DNA of 63,212 nucleotides, filler included, from Perkinsus chesapeaki ATCC PRA-425 (GCA_013115145.1; 5 parts of 5 records of this genome joined end to end with filler, not necessarily neighbours in it); one strand, 5' to 3'; positions 12,601 to 29,769 are shown, counted from the whole stretch's first letter. The notes: a model not told the origin generated them from the letters alone. Program-made: numbers and translations.

Positions 12601-15600
12601 CTTAGGTTCATGCGTGCATTTCAGGTATATCGTACTGCTGTCGTATATCATTCCCATTTCTTTACGAATCAACCTGGATATGGCCAAGACGCTCTATGCC
12701 AGTCGAATCGGCAACGACTCTAAAATTCCCGGCACAGTTGCGCGCAATACGGCTATAGTTGAGGTGGGCACAATTCCGCTCATCCGCTTACCGTGGCTCA
12801 TTTTGGGGCTTCAGGATCTCGGCACGATAGATTACGTATTGACCGACAAGACTGGAACGCTGACGAAGAACGATATGATCTTCAAGAAGCTGAGGGTCCC
12901 AGCGAGGGAATTTTCCAGCGATTCGGACACTCAGCAAATTTCGCTGGTAAGGAAATCGGTGGCGTAGCGAACATTGTCCTGAATTGTCCTAATTCTGTGA
13001 CGCATATGGACTGATAAATCTGCTGAGCGAATGGTGGCCGGTTCTTCTGCACAGTTTGTCTGTGTACGGCAGTTTCTGTGAAGATTGACTTGACCGAATT
13101 CCTTCCTCTTTGTGAGGCACACGTCGTGATTGTCTCTCCCCTTGTGAACGCAACAAATTGTAGAATTTAGAGGGTTGCAATCAAACTTAGCATTCCATGG
13201 TTCGTTACTTGATTAGATGATAACCAGGGCACTACGGAGAATCCTAGTAGCCAAGCCGAGCCCTGGAGTTTTCGGGAAGCCAAGCCGCCAAAGCCTCGGC
13301 GATGAGGAAGCGACAGGAATGGGTAGACCGTCGATTCTGAAGCGCTCAAGTTCATCCGATCAGAGCTCCTTATTGCGATTGTGACTCTGGCGTTGTGTCA
13401 CAACGTGACACCAGTAGAGACCGCGGGGGCGGATGACTGGACACTACAAGCGCCAAGTCCCGATGAAGCTGCGCTTGTGAAATACGCCAGAGACTGCGGT
13501 ATAAAGCTCATCCAGCGTGATGACGATACCATAGTAGGGTTCGCCATGGGCCATTTGAGATGGAGCTCTCGCTTCCGTAGACACTGGAGTGCTTGAACAT
13601 CACTGGAAGGCCGCAGTTGCGGTATGACATTGTTGAGTGTTTCCCTTTCTCATCTGATAGGAAACGTATGGGCATTCTTGTGAAGGAAGAGGTAGGTCCC
13701 TGGAGCGATTTATGGTAAATAGTAGTATTAAATTGTATTAGTATAATATATAAATTAATATCCAATTAATTTAATGATTTTGGCGTTCGCCTCTCTACTG
13801 GTTCGATACATGCCTGTGAGAGCATTCTGCACCGGGCGGTTCGTAACAGACTTTCTGCGTCGTAGTAGAAGATGAAGAGCCTTGGTGATTTCTTCACAGT
13901 GCGCTGCTTGGTCTTAGATATCAGGCCAATATGCATATTTGATAAAGGGAGCTGACACTGTGATGATTCCTAGGGTAGAGGGTTATCGAGATACGAACTC
14001 CTGGATGGAGGGGGTCGTCGATGACTATGCTTGTCACGGTAAGACGGACACTCCCACTATATTGATTAACAGCGGCTTATCTGTTCGCCTTTTCTATGAC
14101 GAGTCTAGCTTGCTGCGATACACGGTTACCGTAAATGATACTTTAAGTTCAAAATAATAATATTTATTACTAAGATAATCTACAAGAATACGTGATACGT
14201 TACCTAGTGCATCATCACATGTAGATCCCTCCCCATCGAAATAGAATATTTCTTTTTTCAAGTATTTCTCGTCTGCTACCGCTAGATTTACGACCGTGAA
14301 ATTTTGTACCACACACTCTTTAGCATACATTTTTTATACGATGTCCTATCCTATGTGGTAGCAGCAATTGTCATTTCCGTGCTCCATTGCCCTTGAGCAG
14401 CTCTGAGCGAAATTACTGCTTGCCGCCTTGAGGGCAGCGCCGAGGTTGTTAGCACAGGTCTCCGTACGCTGGTGGTCGCCCTGAAGCGGTTGACCCCGGA
14501 ATCGGTGGCCCAGTTCCAAGCTGAGTACAGAGAAGCAACTCTAGATGTGGGAGAGCAACGGGAGGATAAACTGGCTAAGATCGTTGATAGCTGCTTGGAG
14601 GAGGATCTCAAGCTGGTAGGCGATCAACGATTGCCGAGCTGTAGCTGTTGGTAGGTATGCCTGACAGGCGTAGAGGATATGCTCCAAGATGACGTGGCTC
14701 CAGTTATCGAGAGTCTGCGCCTTGCTAAGATAAAGGTGGCGTCGAGAGGCTTATTTGGTGTGTTATTTTCGTGTTAGGTATGGATGCTCACTGGTGACAA
14801 GATCGACACAGCCATCTGTATTGCTATATCAACAGCTCTTAAATCACCGGACCAGTCATTGTTGCGACTGGAAGCAGGCAGGGTAGGCAGCATGGCCTCC
14901 TTCTATTACTCGGATTGTTAATACCGTGAGATCGGATACTTGACTGTCTTTGCCGATGCGTAGAGCACTTGAAAGGACCGTCGTGGCACTGGTAGACGTG
15001 TAAACCTTGCGGGAGTTGCCAGACGTGTGGGAGAGTGTTTGCAGCTCGTAAAATCGCAGCTACTGCCCTTCAGGTACACAGTGCAATTGATGCGCTATCA
15101 GATTTGCGGGAAGCTCGCAATGCGAAGTCGGAAGGGCTGGCTGACACGGTCGTAGTTATCGATGGCACTGTAAGCGTTTGTCCTCAATTTCGGGGCGCAG
15201 CGGTCCTTTAGGTGCTGGCAATGGTCTTGTCTGCTGGCCTGTATACATCAGAGTTCGTGGAGCTCATTAAGGATGCACCAGCCGTGGTGTGCTGCCGATG
15301 CAGTCCATCTCAGAAGTCGGAGGTTGTGCGAGCCATAAAAAAGTAACCATTTCTCGCCTCGGTGCTCTACACCTTCTCGCTGTTCTTAACTGGCATGTTT
15401 AATCAAGTCGGAGAATCTCAGTGAAAATCTTCGAAAGAAAATCTGAAAAAAGAGTTGCAAAGTTTTTGTGGAAAATTTCGGCGCTCAACAATCTACAGCG
15501 GAAAGCGATTACGAGGGATTTTTTGAATGCGACAATGCCCGCACACTGTACCGAGGAAATGAGCGCATGCGGCGTGGCGGTTTCAACCGCAGCATGGATC

Positions 15601-16810
15601 TTCATGACAGCGCTGATGGAGCTACCTTTTTAATTAGATACGACAACGGTCAACGAACTCTGGCCATCGGTGATGGTGGCAATGACGTCGGTAAGCTGAG
15701 CTCAGCTCAGGGTGTTTTTATTTTATTGTACAGGTATGATACAAGCGGCCGATGTTGGTGTTGGTATTGTCGGCAAGGAGGGCATGCAGGCTAGTCTTGC
15801 TGCCGACTTCAGCATAATGGAGTTCCGGTACGACCCTACAGCTCTGTGTTATATATTTCACTTATTCAGCTCTTTACATCGACTTCTACTGTGGCATGGT
15901 CGAAACTGTTACCAGCAGTCAGCAAGAATGTCCCTGTTCGTTATTCATCGAGGACTGGTTATCGCTGTTATGCAAGTTATCTTCTCGGCGATGTTCTACT
16001 TTATCGCCCTGCCGCTGTTCCAGGGCTGGCTCATGATCGGCTACAGCACGTACGTGCTTGTTTGGAGCACCAAGTCGATTATCGGTTTTTCTATCAGATA
16101 TTACACTACTGCTCCCGTGTTCTCCTTATGCCTCTACACAGACCTCGATGACACTGTCGTGTACCAGTACCCTGAGCTATATGCTATAAGTCGCCGTGGC
16201 CGACAGATGTCCCTAAAGGCGTTCCTTGGTTGGGTGTGGAAGTCCATATACCAAGGCACGGCCATCATGGTGCTCACGGTCATTCTCTTCGGCACCGAAC
16301 TCGTTACTAGTTCCCTCGTAGCAGTTGCTTTCACTTCCCTGGTCATCAGCGAGCTGCTTAATGTTGCCTCTGAGGTGGGCATCTCTCCATTACCTCTCTC
16401 CTTTATTTCGATTCAGGTGCATCCTAATTGGCATCCCCTTATGATAGTTGCGGAGCTATTGAGCATCGTCATCTACGTCTACTCGATGTTCATCCTCCGA
16501 TCGTATTTCGACCTGGATACTATCTTCTCTATTGGATTCCTCTGGAGAGTGTCCATGATAACTGCTGTGAGCTGGATACCAGTACGGGCCGCTCCGCTGC
16601 TGTCATTTGCGAACGTTTTGTTGGTAGGTGCATGCCTGGAAGCAAATACGGCGGTGTTGCTGTCCCCCTCAACACAAGAAGCTCTTGAGAGCCTACGAGA
16701 GGGCCGGGGGTCGCGCGTCTGTTGGGGCCCGGTATGTGTATCACGATCCGGACAACGATAGTGTGGAGCTTCTGTCGAATGCAGCAGCTGGGTCAGCTCC
16801 AAGCGAGTGA
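9661..16810 (+). CDS. ATP9: P4-ATPase phospholipid flippase, ATP9/Neo1 class, many short exons
   Basis: SNVVASTKYTILSFVPMVFIQQFKFFFNFFFL, RVPADMILLRT, TDQLDGEKDWK, YIIPISLRINLDMAK, TDKTGTLTKN (phosphorylation site), [69 protein letters not shown]. Stop TGA 16808-16810. Confidence 0.93.
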
Positions 16811-17195
16811 ATTTAGTGCTCAGTACCATATGCCACCATTACTTCTGTCATTTTGTTAAGTTTACCTGGCGACCGTCTTATTGTTGCGCTTGCTCAGTAT
16901 GTGTGGTAGATCAGGCTCACACATTTCTAGCACTCGATAGATCCTACCAGGAACTTCCGTGTCATTCTAGCGCGGAGACTATTGGCTCTCGGCGATCTTT
17001 GATGATTAACTGGCGCCTTGTTTTTCTGTGTAACATTATGGGTTGCGCGGCGCATGGAAATTATGCGCCGCCCAGGTGACGCCGAAATTTGCACTTGCGT
17101 GCAGAATTTTACTGCCTGCTGCGCAAGAGCCCCTCGACACCCTTGTGGAGCCCTAGTGCGTTTACCATCTCGAGCAGGCTTGTATTTGGTTGTTA

Positions 17196-19544
17196 ATGTC
17201 TTCTTCTATGACGACTGTGCCTGAACCTTCGCTTACTTCCTCTCTTCTAGAAGCTGGTATGGTCCCCGAGGACCAGAGAAGTAAGCTGAGAAGGCCCACT
17301 AAGAGCGGCATTCTGCTTGCTGTTGCCGCTGCCACATTGGTTATATCATTGGTTCTCTACATCATCGGAGCGCCCCCACAGTACCCCCCAGTGGTTCAAG
17401 GTGTGTCTGCCGCGCCCGGGCGTCGATTGAGCTTTGTTTCGCAGGCCCTGGTAGCCTTGTCGAGAATTCGCAGAAGCGACTTGATCACACCGTCAATAAC
17501 GCAGCCTTTCATATGGACATCAGCAAACCTAAGCTCTGCGATACTAGTGTCAATCAGGCCAGCGGCTACTTTGTGGTTGACGCTGCCACCAATAAGAAGT
17601 ATGTTACTGCGGAGGTTGCTCGGCACGTCCGTTGTTCAGATACTTCTTTTGGTTCTTTGAAGCTCGTCATTCACCAGAGACAGCCCCCACCACTTTCTGG
17701 CTCAGTGGTGGTCCTGGAGCTAGCTCCATGCTTGCTGTAGGCATCCGTACATGATATCCTATTACCTTTGCTCAGTTGCTGGCTGAAAACGGCCCATGTA
17801 CGGTTAATTCTGAAGGGACTGATACCATTTATAACCCTTATAGTTGGACAGAGGCCAGCAATATGGTCTGGGTCGATCAACCTGCTGGTGAGTGCTCTAC
17901 AGTGTAGAAGAGTTATCATCAGATGAAGTGCAATGAGTGTAGAATCTACACTCGTTACACCAAACTCGCTCTCTATTCGGCCTTGAGGTCCCTCGCGGCA
18001 GCTGTGATGATATGTGCTCAGGTACCGGCTTCTCTATGGGTGATTCGTATGACTCTGATGAGGCTGCTGTCGGACAGGATATGTATCACTTCATGCAGAC
18101 CTTCTTCAAGCACTTCCCCGACTACAATAGAGACGTCCACGTTGTCGGAGAGTCCTATGGAGGCCACTATGTTCCCGCAGTTGTTAACACAGTTGTGGAG
18201 CACAACACCAAACTCGCTATCGGTGAAGGTAAGCAGTTGGCCGTGGTGTGACGTGGTATTGATGCATCAGCCCCCAACGGTCGCATACCGATCGATATTA
18301 AAGGGATGGCCATCGGCAACGGCATGACTAATACCATTGAACAAATTAAATGGTTGCCGAAAATGGTAAGCGCGTTGGCATTTTTCGGTGTAAGTCTTGT
18401 GGTAGGCCTACGACTCCGGTACGGCCCCTTCTGTCGTGGATTATAACACTTATAAGAAAATGCAGTCAAGTGTTGACAGTGTTGTTGACGCTGTGACCAA
18501 GTGCGATAAGACTGGCGATCTTAAGGTACGCGGAGACCAGGCCTGTCGGTGGTTAGCTCCTCCTTGGTGTAGGTATGCGAAGCAGCTTGGAACAGTTTCA
18601 CGACAGAACTGATGGCTCCTGTCACCGAAGCCGGCTACAATATGTGAGCTCCGTATTAGTATCTTACTTCACGTGTTAAAATGATCCGGAAAAGTTGATT
18701 GACTAGGTGGCCTTCCTGTCAGGTACGACCTCCGTTTAAAAGGTCACTACAATTGGACCGGCATTAATACCTGGCTTAACAATCCTAAGATAAGAGAGGA
18801 GCTTGGGGCACAGAAGGAGTGGGAAGCCGTGAGCCTCGAGGTAAGGTAGCTGTGGGAATATAATACAGGATATATAATGTTTATATCGTCACTGTGTTGT
18901 GATACAGTAGATAATGGATGTAGTGAGATAGTTGGTTTCTAATAGGTTAAATAATAGGCTTTTAAGTAGGCTTCTATTAAGTATAGCTTTTATAGTAGTA
19001 GTTGTAGGCTTTTAATAATATATAGGCTTTTATTTATTTCATAAGCAGCTCGTTAACGAAGTAATAGTGTTACGGATCGATCAATTTGTTTCGGCTCTCT
19101 TCAGGTTTACAAGACCTTAACTCCCCAAGACTTCCTCCAGACCTACGATGACTTAGTTCCACCGCTGCTGGCTATGGGCCTCAAGGTCCTTATCTACGCT
19201 GGCGACCAGGACTACCCGTGCAACTGGCTCGGCAATAGAGCGTGGACGGAGAAGCTCGAGTGGAAGCATAAGGCCGATTTCCGCCTAGCTCCCTATCAGC
19301 AATTTATAGCTCCGTCTGTAGGCGCAGGTAGGGACTTATTTTTGTGGCGCGCGTGAATTTGATGACAGATAACTCTATTACTGAGGTGATCGTTGGGTCT
19401 CTTCGTCGTCATAAGAACTTTGCCTTCCTCCGCGTGTCCAATGCCGGTCATATGGTGCCGAAGGACAAGCCGGCCGAGAGCCTTCACATGTTCAAAGAGT
19501 TCTTGCAGGGTCGCATGCCCGAATCTGTAAACACGGTCAGTTGA
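17196..19544 (+). CDS. serine carboxypeptidase, family S10 (CPY-like)
   Basis: [57 protein letters not shown] (catalytic Ser), [14 protein letters not shown] (Asp region), VSNAGHMVP (His). Stop TGA 19542-19544. Confidence 0.92.
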
Positions 19545-19807
19545 AAACCGACTTGATATTTTTCGTGTCTTCTTCTTCTTTTGGTATGTACCATTAGTTC
19601 TCGCCAGTAGTGCCACAATATTGTGCCACTATCAATGACAATGGTATAACCATCACCACACTATTATGCATGTGAGTTAAGCTACTACCTACTATGTGTC
19701 GAGTTCAAAAGTCAATAAGCCCTAATAAGCCAGACCTCATTAATCGGCTTAGTCATAAATCAGTGCTCCCCAGGCCTACTAAATAGACAAATTAATCAAC
19801 AGCAGGA

Positions 19808-24510
<4,703 letters not shown>

Positions 24511-25394
24511 GTGGTTTCGTGGCGCGTGACGATATGGTCGGCAGTAATTAGTATTACTAACAGTCGGCGGCTGCTGGTCCCTGTTATCGATTCTAGTCGC
24601 AACATAAATCATGACAGAATAAGATTCCTATATTCCCATTCTCATGGCTTGAGTTGTTAATGGACGAGTTGCCAGTGCCTGTGCAGTACTGCATTGTGCC
24701 TTTGTTTCCCCATTTGTCTTGTAAGGTACGCGAGCGCTGAAGAGCGCCAATTTTCCTTTAGGACGGCACTTTTCAGTTATTCGAGTTTCCACTTGTGCAT
24801 TTTTTTAACCCGTTTTGCTTCGAGATTATCTTATTTGTGCGAGCTGAGTCGAAACCAATTTTAGTTGCATGTATCTGTGTTGCAATATACTAAAGAGATC
24901 GTCTTCTCTCGAACTCCGAAGTTGGTTACCGATTTCCCTTGTCTACTTCGGTTCAGAGGTTTATAAGCATCTTTTAGAAATTACTGCACGAAGGCTTCAC
25001 CGGTAGTAACGGTAGAGATCTGATGTGGTTATGGCCCATAACTTATGGGTACCGTCGAGAGTGTGAACCTATCTTTCCCTCGGTGCATGTATACCAACCT
25101 CAATTTTATTGGTGTGGTAGTGGGCAATCAGACAGTGTTCAAAGTCGGCTAGCTGTCGATACCCGGTCGCTAGACCTCCTCAAATGAGGCATCCGCGCGA
25201 TATCAAAAATTATATATTCCTTTCTCGGGAGTAAGAGCCATTAAGCATGTCCGGCCGTATTAAGTAAAAAGATACGTACCCCATTGGTACTTGTATTAAG
25301 TGTGCGGAGGTTGATGACAGGCGCACGGTGTGGCCAAAATTCAAAGTGCCCCGAAAATTTAACTCAGTATGTGGAATAGGTTCAAACGAAAATC

Positions 25395-25494
25395 NNNNNN
25401 NNNNNNNNNNNNNNNNNNNNNNNNNNNNNNNNNNNNNNTTAATTAATTAANNNNNNNNNNNNNNNNNNNNNNNNNNNNNNNNNNNNNNNNNNNN
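25395..25494. other. artificial contig spacer (N44-TTAATTAATTAA-N44)
   Basis: All-frame stop linker at 25439-25450 flanked by Ns. Confidence 0.98.
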
Positions 25495-26265
25495 CGAAAA
25501 AACCTAATAACCTTTAACTTGTGTCACTCTTCGAGGAGATTCTTCTGCGAGCAGGCGTTCGGCGTTTAAAATGCGCGCTTCCGTTGTCTGCACACTGGAT
25601 TGCGAGTTGATCCTGACCAGGCAACGAGGATTATCACTACATGCGTCACATTGCATAACATGGCTCGTCGTCGTCACTGGAGATCATTTCGGGAAGAAGA
25701 TGACGTGGACCCAGATAAACGTAGAGCGCTTCGTGAGGAGAATGATGATGGTGGTCTTGAATTCGGTGCTGATGGTCGCTTGCCTGGCTTCAATGATGTA
25801 GAACACATTGTTCTTGCTGAAGACCCGGTGTCTCTCGCCAACGTTCGAACTCTTAAAGAGATGAAGAACCTTGCTAAGAGGCGGCGAGATCAGTTAGCAG
25901 CATTCCTAGCGCTAGTAAGGGAGGTTAATGCGTCGCACCACTAGCTGGCACTGCCAGCCTGGTAGACAACCCCAGCAAGTATGAGTAGCTTATTTGGCAA
26001 TCATTCCGTAGAACCAAGATAGTAATAAAGTGTTTATTAAGTTATTCAATGTTGTGTACCACAAGTAGCGCAGCTTTAGGAGCGCAGAGATCTATCCCGG
26101 AATATGCGCTCCCAGCACCGATCCCAGGGGCGAGCAAGAGTTCCGTCGAACACGCTCAAGATCGCTCCTGTGATCACTTCTATTAATAGGAGCGCTCCTG
26201 AGCGTCATCTACTGAACACGTTTTGTCCAACTTCGTACCTAGAAGCGCTCCTGACTCAGGAGCCC
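25495..26265 (+). mobile_element. PIF/Harbinger-type DNA transposon, 3' remnant with inactivated DDE transposase C-terminus
   Basis: Frame 25495-25944 reads FNLCHSSRRFFCEQAFGV*NARFRCLHTGLRVDPDQATRIITTCVTLHNMA, matching the DDE_Tnp_4 C-terminal pattern (FN..HS..R..E..FG.LK.RF..L...II..C..LHN). Internal TAA at 25567-25569. GCGCTCC motifs follow and end in GAGCCC at 26265 (right end tentative). Confidence 0.75.
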
Positions 26266-26830
26266 TGAGAGTCAACTGGAGTTTATTGAACACCCGAAAT
26301 ACATCTGTAGTACAATTCTTTTCCTCCTTGACTCCTACAATGACTCAACGTAGTTGACATATTTGCCAGTAGATCAGAAGTGGGCGAAAACCTCAAACCC
26401 GAGACCAGTACGCTGTGCTGTGGTTGAAATAGACTGGATAACAACTATCATGGTATTATATATAAACGGTAATCTACAGTAGTCTAGCTTAACCGGAACA
26501 TGTTAAAGGTCGATGGTCACATCACAGAGTCAACCACCCACACAACTACAAAAATTATCAATAGTTTCATAACTACAATCTGGCACCCCATCATCTCTAG
26601 CTTGGATGATGTAAGCTAGAAATGATCGGAGGAGATCAGAGGCAGCCAGGAAATCGCGTTCTAGGAGAGAAGTGTACCAGTCCGGGAAGTCTGAGAAATC
26701 AGCCGTGTTCGGCTTGATTTCTAACGGAGTATCATATTCCGAGTGTGTAAAAGCTACATTTTATCCGTTATCGTGATTTTGATAGTGACATGGTGGGTTT
26801 CTTCTGCGGTTCGTTCCGGTTGCGTTGGAG

Positions 26831-27184
26831 TGTCAAACTTGAGCATGAATTTTCAAACTTGAGCGTGCATTTCCAAACTTGAGCCGCTTAAGTTGAGCGT
26901 ATATTGTCAAACATGAGCGTATAGTACCAATCTTGAATGCAACAGTTTTTGCCGTTTTTATCGTAACTTGGTTTCGATACTGTCAAACTTATCATCCAAG
27001 TTGGATGTAATATTTCAGCAGGGTGTCAAAGTTGAATGTAACACTGACAATCTTGAAGGCGGCATCTGAGAAATTTTCTCAGAGAAGGTGTCAAACTTGT
27101 GTAGCACGCTGATATTCTCGAATTTCACGTTGTCAAACTTGTGCATTACTTTGTCAAACTTGTGCGTTCATTTGTCAAACTTGG
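26831..27184 (+). repeat. array of about 13 TGTCAAACTT(G) motifs, largely at 20-21 bp spacing
   Basis: Exact copies at 26831, 26981, 27089, 27131, 27152 and 27173. Degenerate copies at 26851, 26871, 26905, 26925, 27024, 27045 and 27110. Confidence 0.9.
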
Positions 27185-27618
27185 CTGGGAAAAGGTGTAG
27201 TTAAGCTATCAGCGGAACGCCCAGCACTATGGCGAGCCGTACACTGTACGATGTAATATTTAAAACCCGTATCTTCAACCCATGCGATACTCGAGTGTGG
27301 CACATAGAATGGAGAGTTACAAACACAACAGAATGTGTAGTGCAGACGATTCACTGGCGGCCAGTGGTCCAGTGACTGAATCTGGTCCTCAATTAGCCGT
27401 ACCTCCAGCAAGTCTCATCTATTGAATATATTCTATTTCTATGCGGGTGAGTACAAATAGATTTCTACTAGAAATAATCCTTACCAAACGAAAAGTAAAA
27501 AACGAATAACTGCTATTTAGTATTACTGACTGCTAAATGCTTTGCTTTGATCAACAAACTGTGAGCCCCTCATTGCGGGATTTACAGCTGAAGCTATGGA
27601 GTCCATAGTATGGACCAT

Positions 27619-29769
27619 TCACCAAGCAGCTAAGAGCCACTTGGCTATAATAGTCTGGGTTTTGTCACAAACGTCCCTGATCGGAAGACACAGTAATCAT
27701 AACAGCTCTTTGCCTCCAGGGCGTTGCCTAAATCCAGCTTACTTGACGAAATTCTTGTCCCAGTAGCAATGAGATGCCATCGGCACCTAACATAAATGTG
27801 TTGTATACCTATTTCAACGAATGCCCAGGGCAACCAACCGTATAAACATCAATCCCCTCTGCCGGTTCAGTTATAGACACAGACCGCCATGGATCAGCTT
27901 CACCGTTAATAGAAAATATGTTGGTTGCGCCCTTCAGTGTCTTGCCTCCATATTCTGTTTGAACTTGATCGACATATTCCTTCGCCTGACAAAAGCGTTG
28001 CCTCTGGGCTTGACAGTTACTCCTTTCTTACCTGCTCTTCCGATATACCAAATGCCCCACATATACGAACATTCAGTTCTAGTCGCTCTTCTGTCCTCAA
28101 CCAAGGGCAATTATTTTCATCTGTGCAAGGCTGTCTTTGCCCGAATCCTCTGCAGAATATGAATCTTGACATCCTCTCTTCACCAGTGAAGTATGGATCT
28201 TTAAGCCTGTCACATTCCCTGAAAGTGATCCTTCGACACCACTGATAATCTATTGAATCACTATTCATGGTATGGTAGTAATCAAAATACTAGAGCCTCT
28301 GCGCCTGAAGCCGTCTGAAGCTCCTTACTTGGTTTCGGCTAACCTTCGACAAACTCTACTAATATCACAATAATCCTTTCTGCATTTCGGGTTGTTATCT
28401 TGGATACTGATCCCAAGGAGTTGGCCGTCGCGGGTACTGACAAAAACACGAGGATGAGAATCTTTTATTGCGAAATACTCGAGCGAATTACCACCATCTT
28501 ACAAAGCAAGTTGATTCATTCGATTGTCTAGAACATTTCTGCACACCTTGAACTTATCCTCAAGTTTGCGACGACCATCAGTTGATTTCAGCAGATCTGC
28601 GAAGTCCTCGTGCGCTTTAGTAATCTAAAGTGCTGCTAATGGCAACGACTAGTATTACGGATGCTGCGTTGGAACGAAAGCGATTTCGCTTACAGTTTTC
28701 AAACATTTAGGGCTCCCACCAAGTTGCTTATTCGAAAGATCTTCGGCCTCGATAGTAGCATACCTGACAGAATCCATTCCAATTTGTCAAATTGAGTTTG
28801 AGTGACCCCAACATAAGAGAACTGCTCACATATCGTTTTCGAGCTTCGCATCCAACGCCGAAGAAGACGAGACCACACCAATGAACAAGCTTTGATACTT
28901 CTCTCGAGCCCATGCAGCCAATGCCTGAGAATGAACGTGAAGTCTCTAAGCCACGGCGACGAGACCGGGTATTGTCGGCGACAAGCCCCTGGAGTATCAC
29001 TCGAGGTCCGGGAGTTATGGTGTCTTACTCCGCCGTAGCTATCCCCGAATAGGACTATTTGTAAGGTTGGAGAATTGAGGTATCGTTTGAGATACTCTCC
29101 GAAAGTACGGATGTCTTCAACAGCCTGAGGGATTGTGAGAAGATCCTTGAGCGTTTTAGCGGATACGTCCTCTGTTGGGAAGCTCCCACCAAAATATCTG
29201 ATCGACAGAAAACGATGAAGCTAAAATTAGCTGTGCTACCAATGCTAGTACCAATAATACCTATGCTCCAAGTATGCTACTGCCGCTTTGAAGGCTGCAG
29301 CGAGGCGCATAAGGTTAACCGGAATCTCGAGAGGTGACATGGGCGAGCTTCCTCCCACGTACAGGAAGAGCAGCTGAATCAGAAACAGAGGCCTATTATA
29401 CAGCATGTTTTTGAAGGACTTACAGGCTTATCGGGAGCATATGAATGACGATAGAGAAAATATTGTTGGTGGAAATTCCTTGAGTTTGGATCTGAAGGAT
29501 CGACCAGTGACACACGTCGCCATCCGTACCAACCGACACTGAAGCGCATAAGGGAGGCGCGAATCGCGAGCGTACCGGAATGATTCACTATAGCTTCTAC
29601 GAAGCTGTCATTTAGCAAGGGAGGCCTCTTTTGCATGTGTTCCCTGACATAGGCAGCTGCTCCGCTAGACTACAGCCTCTGTTGAAGACGCCTATTACTT
29701 TTCGAAACCGTTTCGGGTCCAGGCTGCAACAATGACTGGTAAGACACAATAGAAGAATTGGCGAATCAT
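27619..29769 (-). CDS. S28 family serine peptidase (PRCP/PRSS16-like), copy 1; no stop or frameshift found but one exon is absent relative to copy 2
   Basis: Signal peptide MIRQFFYCVLPVIVAAW; NHSDPNSRNFHQQYF; LLFLYVGG; LEHRYFGGSFP; FGDSYGG (Ser, 29029-29049); LAAWAREKY; YGGKTLKGATNIFSINGEADPW (Asp); VPMASHCYW (His, 27760-27777); IIAKWLLAAW*. Confidence 0.85.

Noticed and set aside
25395-25494. TTAATTAATTAA palindrome between N runs (also at 57271, 59964 and 61877) as a biological motif
   Set aside because: Identical 100-nt blocks with an all-frame stop linker are an artificial contig joiner.
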